DNA from: an uncultured Candidatus Saccharibacteria bacterium
GTDB taxonomy: Bacteria > Patescibacteriota > Minisyncoccia > Sungbacterales > HO2-52-23
Length of the DNA stretch: 51,230 bases
Reading direction: 5' to 3'
NCBI GenBank assembly: GCA_964501445.1
Contig: CAZCSJ010000003.1
Coordinates: forward strand, 1 to 51,230
The notes beneath the pieces are model-generated. The model ran no database searches. It was not told the origin of the DNA and saw only the letters and a list, made by a program, of their open reading frames with translations. The position numbers were made by a program, and so were the translations under genes. Below are positions 48,140 to 51,230 of this stretch, one piece after another (position 1 is the first letter of the stretch; each line of letters opens with the position of its first letter).

Positions 48140-49507
48140 ATGGACTACCGCGTCGTTCAAAAACAAGATCAAGAGATCTACGATTTGATTCGAAAGGAAG
48201 AAGCCCGTCAAAAAGAGGGGCTTGAACTGATTCCCTCGGAAAGTTATGCATCATCCGCAGTGCTTGAAGCAATGGGGAGTATTTTTAACGACAAGTATGC
48301 CGAGAATTATCCGGGCAAGCGGTATTACGGCGGATGTGCGGTGGTGGATGAATTGGAACGGCTTTGCCAAAACCGCGCGCGCGCGGCGTTTGGCGAGGCG
48401 GCGAGCGAGTATTCGGTAAATGTTCAGCCGTATTCCGGAAGTCCGGCAAACCTTGAAGTGTATTTTGGGTTGCTCGAGCCCGGAGACAAAATCATGGCGT
48501 TGCGTCTTGACCACGGCGGGCATCTCACGCACGGCTCGCCCGTGAATTTGTCCGGACGGCTTTTTCAGTTCGTCCATTACTTTGTGGACTCAAAAACGGA
48601 AATGCTGGATTACGACGCGATTGCAAAAATGGCAGCAGAGGAAAAACCGAAACTTATTCTTTCCGGATTTACCGCATATCCCCGGACGATTGATTTTAAA
48701 AAAATGGATGACATCGCACGTTCCGTCGGCGCGATTTCCATGGCCGACATTTCCCATATTTCGGGGCTCGTGATCGGCGGCGTGCACCCCTCACCGTTTC
48801 CTTTTACGGATGTGGTGACCACGACCACGCACAAAACGCTTCGCGGGCCGCGCGCGGCAATGATATTCTCCCGAAAAGATAAGAGTGTCACGATAAAAGA
48901 TAAAAGTGTTGCCATTTCTGAAGCAATTGATAAAGCGGTATTCCCCGGTATGCAGGGCGGGCCGCATGAGCATACGATTGCGGCAATCGCGGTGGCGCTC
49001 CGCGAGGCAATGACATCGGAATTTAAAGAATATGCGGCGCAGGTGGTAAAAAATTCCCATGCGCTTGCAGACGGATTTGCAAAAAATAACATTCGCCTGA
49101 TTTCGGGCGGTACGGACAACCACCTAGTGCTTATCGATCTTCGTCCGTTCGGTCCGGGGCGCGGAATTTTTGTGGAGAAGGCGCTTGAAGCCGCAAACAT
49201 CAGCGTGAATAAAAGCCCGATTCCCAATGACCCTTCGCCGCCGTACTATCCGTCTGGTATTCGTCTCGGCACGCCATCGGTCACGATTCGCGGCATGAAA
49301 GAGCCCGAAATGGCACATGTGGCCGATTTCATTTCGCGTATAGTGCATGAATTTGCTAAAAACGAATTGCCGGAGGATACGACCAAACGCGCGGGCGTGG
49401 TACGCGAGTTTGCAAAAACGCTTTCGTCGCATCCATTGATCAAAGAAATAAGAGAGCAGGTGTGCACGTTTTCGGCAAACTTCCCCGTTCCAGGAATCGA
49501 TATATGA
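48140..49507 (+). CDS. glyA: Serine hydroxymethyltransferase
   Basis: 455-aa ORF with LELIPSESYAS...YPGKRYYGG and the PLP-lysine block TTTTHKTLRGPR. It contains a short duplicated insertion (KDKSVTIKDKSVAI). Confidence 0.95.
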   Translation: MDYRVVQKQDQEIYDLIRKEEARQKEGLELIPSESYASSAVLEAMGSIFNDKYAENYPGKRYYGGCAVVDELERLCQNRARAAFGEAASEYSVNVQPYSGSPANLEVYFGLLEPGDKIMALRLDHGGHLTHGSPVNLSGRLFQFVHYFVDSKTEMLDYDAIAKMAAEEKPKLILSGFTAYPRTIDFKKMDDIARSVGAISMADISHISGLVIGGVHPSPFPFTDVVTTTTHKTLRGPRAAMIFSRKDKSVTIKDKSVAISEAIDKAVFPGMQGGPHEHTIAAIAVALREAMTSEFKEYAAQVVKNSHALADGFAKNNIRLISGGTDNHLVLIDLRPFGPGRGIFVEKALEAANISVNKSPIPNDPSPPYYPSGIRLGTPSVTIRGMKEPEMAHVADFISRIVHEFAKNELPEDTTKRAGVVREFAKTLSSHPLIKEIREQVCTFSANFPVPGIDI

Positions 49508-49624
49508 TCCGGTGCGAATATACGTTAAGTATACCAATGATACGAATGGTTCGATAAACTCACCATATATATTCATATGATTAGTCCGCCAGCTGGCGGA
49601 GCATTAGTATATTGGCATCGCGGT
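49508..49624 (+). repeat. GCGAAT-rich intergenic cassette, copy D, itself interrupted by the CCGCCAGCTGGCGG palindrome
   Basis: gtgcgaatatacg...tataccaatgatacgaat...tatgattagt[ccgccagctggcggag]cattagtatattggcatcgcggt runs up to ATG 49625. Apart from the 16-nt palindrome and a central indel it matches copy B. Confidence 0.75.
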
Positions 49625-50461
49625 ATGGCACAAATTCTTGACGGCAAATTGCTCGCGCGAAAAATAGGAGAGGAGATTCGCGACACGCTCACGGGGTCAA
49701 AAAAGAAACTCCGTCTTGCGATTGTGGTGGTCGGCGAGGACCCGGTAGTCCGCGCGTTTATTCAAAAGAAACAAAAAGAGGCGGCGGCACTCGGCATTGA
49801 TACGCGTGTGTTTCCGTTTGAGGTACACATCACCACAAATGAATTGCGAAAGCGCCTTTCGGTGATTGTACATGAAAAGAAAAACAGCGGGGTGATTATT
49901 CAGCTGCCGCTTCCGCCGCATATAAACACCCAATATATTTTAAATTCTATTCCGCCGGAAAAAGATGTGGATATGCTCTCGGCGCGCGCGATTGGGAATT
50001 TTACAGTCGGGAAAAGTACGGTTATGCCGCCGGTGGTGGGGGCAATTCGCGCATTTTTTGAGGAGTACGGCATTTCGTATCGCGAGAAGAAAATAGTGAT
50101 TGTAGGCGCGGGGAATCTCGTGGGGCGGCCCGTGGCGCTCTGGCTTGCACGCGAGCGAATTCCCTTTTCATTGATTGAGAAAGACACGCCCGCACCCGAG
50201 AAAATACTCCGCGAGGCAGATATCATAATTTCGGGCGTGGGGATTCCTGGTCTTATTACGGGCGATAAAGTAAAAGAGGGGGTGGTGGTAATTGACGCGG
50301 GCACCTCGGAATCGGGCGGGAAAGTGGTCGGCGACGTGGATTTTGATTCTGTGTCAAAAAAAGCATCGTACATCACACCGGTGCCCGGAGGTGTGGGGCC
50401 GGTTGCGGTCGCAATGCTTTTTAAGAATCTTGTAACTTTGGAATTAGGAATCAGGAATTAG
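49625..50461 (+). CDS. folD: Bifunctional methylenetetrahydrofolate dehydrogenase/cyclohydrolase
   Basis: MAQILDGKLLARKI...VVGEDP...QLPLP...VVGAGNLVGRPVA...TPVPGGVGP. The track start at 49577 lies in the repeat cassette, so ATG 49625 is preferred. Confidence 0.93.
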   Translation: MAQILDGKLLARKIGEEIRDTLTGSKKKLRLAIVVVGEDPVVRAFIQKKQKEAAALGIDTRVFPFEVHITTNELRKRLSVIVHEKKNSGVIIQLPLPPHINTQYILNSIPPEKDVDMLSARAIGNFTVGKSTVMPPVVGAIRAFFEEYGISYREKKIVIVGAGNLVGRPVALWLARERIPFSLIEKDTPAPEKILREADIIISGVGIPGLITGDKVKEGVVVIDAGTSESGGKVVGDVDFDSVSKKASYITPVPGGVGPVAVAMLFKNLVTLELGIRN

Positions 50462-50466
50462 GAATT

Positions 50467-50997
50467 ATGGATATAACACTTTTTCGTTGGATGAATTCGT
50501 GGGCCGGAATTTCCCCGTTTTTTGACTGGGCGATTCGTTTCCGCGCGGAGTATTTGATTTATGTCGTGGCAGGTGCGGTTTTGCTTTTTTATCTCGCAAC
50601 CTTCTTTCCGCGTTTCCGCACCTATCGCGCAAAAAATCTTCGGCTCGTTATTTTTGCGTTTGCATCAGCCCTTATCGCGCGCTTCGGCGTCGCGGAATTG
50701 ATTCGTCTTTTCTACAACCGTCCCCGGCCGTTTGAAGCATTGGAGGGCGTTTCGCAACTTATCCCGCACAGCGCCGGCTTCGCATTTCCATCGGGGCACG
50801 CAACATTTGCGTTTGCGCTTGCCGCGGTAGTCGCATACTACTATCCTAAAACGAGCATTCTCTTTTTTCTCGCGGCACTCGCAATCGGTTTTGGCCGTGT
50901 CGCCGCCGGCCTCCACTGGCCGACAGATATTCTCGCAGGAGCGGTGGTAGGGGTGGGGACCACTTTAATTTTAAAAATATTCTGGAGGAGAATATAA
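50467..50997 (+). CDS. PAP2 family phosphatase (undecaprenyl-diphosphatase BcrC-like)
   Basis: 176-aa membrane ORF with PAP2 motifs (YNRPRP; PSGH; RVAAGLHWPTD). Confidence 0.8.
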   Translation: MDITLFRWMNSWAGISPFFDWAIRFRAEYLIYVVAGAVLLFYLATFFPRFRTYRAKNLRLVIFAFASALIARFGVAELIRLFYNRPRPFEALEGVSQLIPHSAGFAFPSGHATFAFALAAVVAYYYPKTSILFFLAALAIGFGRVAAGLHWPTDILAGAVVGVGTTLILKIFWRRI

Positions 50998-51057
50998 TGA
51001 AATGTGGATAACCTTTTTTTAATCCTGTCGATTCTGTTATAATAAGATTGAATAGAT

Positions 51058-51230
51058 GGCATATTACTCCACCGAGATACGAATTTTTATTTTACTCATC
51101 TTTTTTTTGACGGGGTGGTTTTTTTATCCCGCCCTTTTTGAAAATGGCGGAATGTATGCCGAGGCGCAGGGGGCGCTTCCCGATCTCGTGATCTACAGCG
51201 CCTCCCTCACCGACACAGAGTTTACACTCA
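51058..51230 (+). CDS. Hypothetical protein with N-terminal TM anchor (3'-truncated by window end)
   Basis: Open frame from ATG 51058 to the window edge (MAYYSTEIRIFILLIFFLTGWFFYPALF...). It has no stop, so it is absent from the track. Confidence 0.4.

Noticed and set aside
49577-49624. Track start codon for folD (MISPPAGGALVYWHRG...)
   Set aside because: The extension is encoded by the repeat cassette and the inserted CCGCCAGCTGGCGG palindrome. The FolD homology begins at MAQILDGKLLA (ATG 49625).
1-51230. CRISPR array among the many short repeats
   Set aside because: The repeats belong to several unrelated families and are palindromic or TIR-type. They are dispersed at irregular distances, often inside genes. 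No run of evenly spaced identical direct repeats with unique spacers exists, and no cas genes are present.

Overview
This is a 51.2-kb, gene-dense, mostly plus-strand window of roughly 50% GC. The core content is five aminoacyl-tRNA ligases (argS, ileS, glyQS, metG, leuS), infC-rpmI-rplT, smpB-ssrA, glmS, glyA-folD and DNA-repair genes (EndoQ-like, PolX, Ogt, RecO, TatD). There is almost no biosynthesis and there are many orphan membrane or hypothetical proteins. This suggests a small-genome CPR/Patescibacteria-like bacterium, but that is inference only because no search was possible. Accessory content: (i) A complete diversity-generating retroelement (DGR) lies at 17.0-19.5 kb, with variable protein plus VR, TR, Avd-like gene and RT. 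14 of 16 TR/VR mismatches fall on TR adenines. Its promoter, leader and N-terminal coding module is duplicated at 38.6 kb in front of an orphan OmpR-type winged-helix protein. (ii) There are three type II toxin-antitoxin pairs. (iii) IleRS and LeuRS each carry an extra hydrolase-type domain spliced in frame into the enzyme body (histidine-phosphatase-like and alpha/beta serine-hydrolase-like respectively). (iv) There are at least six families of short palindromic or TIR repeats. Several are inserted in frame in essential genes, and one ~101-bp TIR family sits exactly on start codons. (v) A SucC-like, SucD-like and small citrate-synthase-like trio resembles a split ATP-citrate lyase. One tmRNA was found. 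No rRNA, tRNA or CRISPR array was seen.
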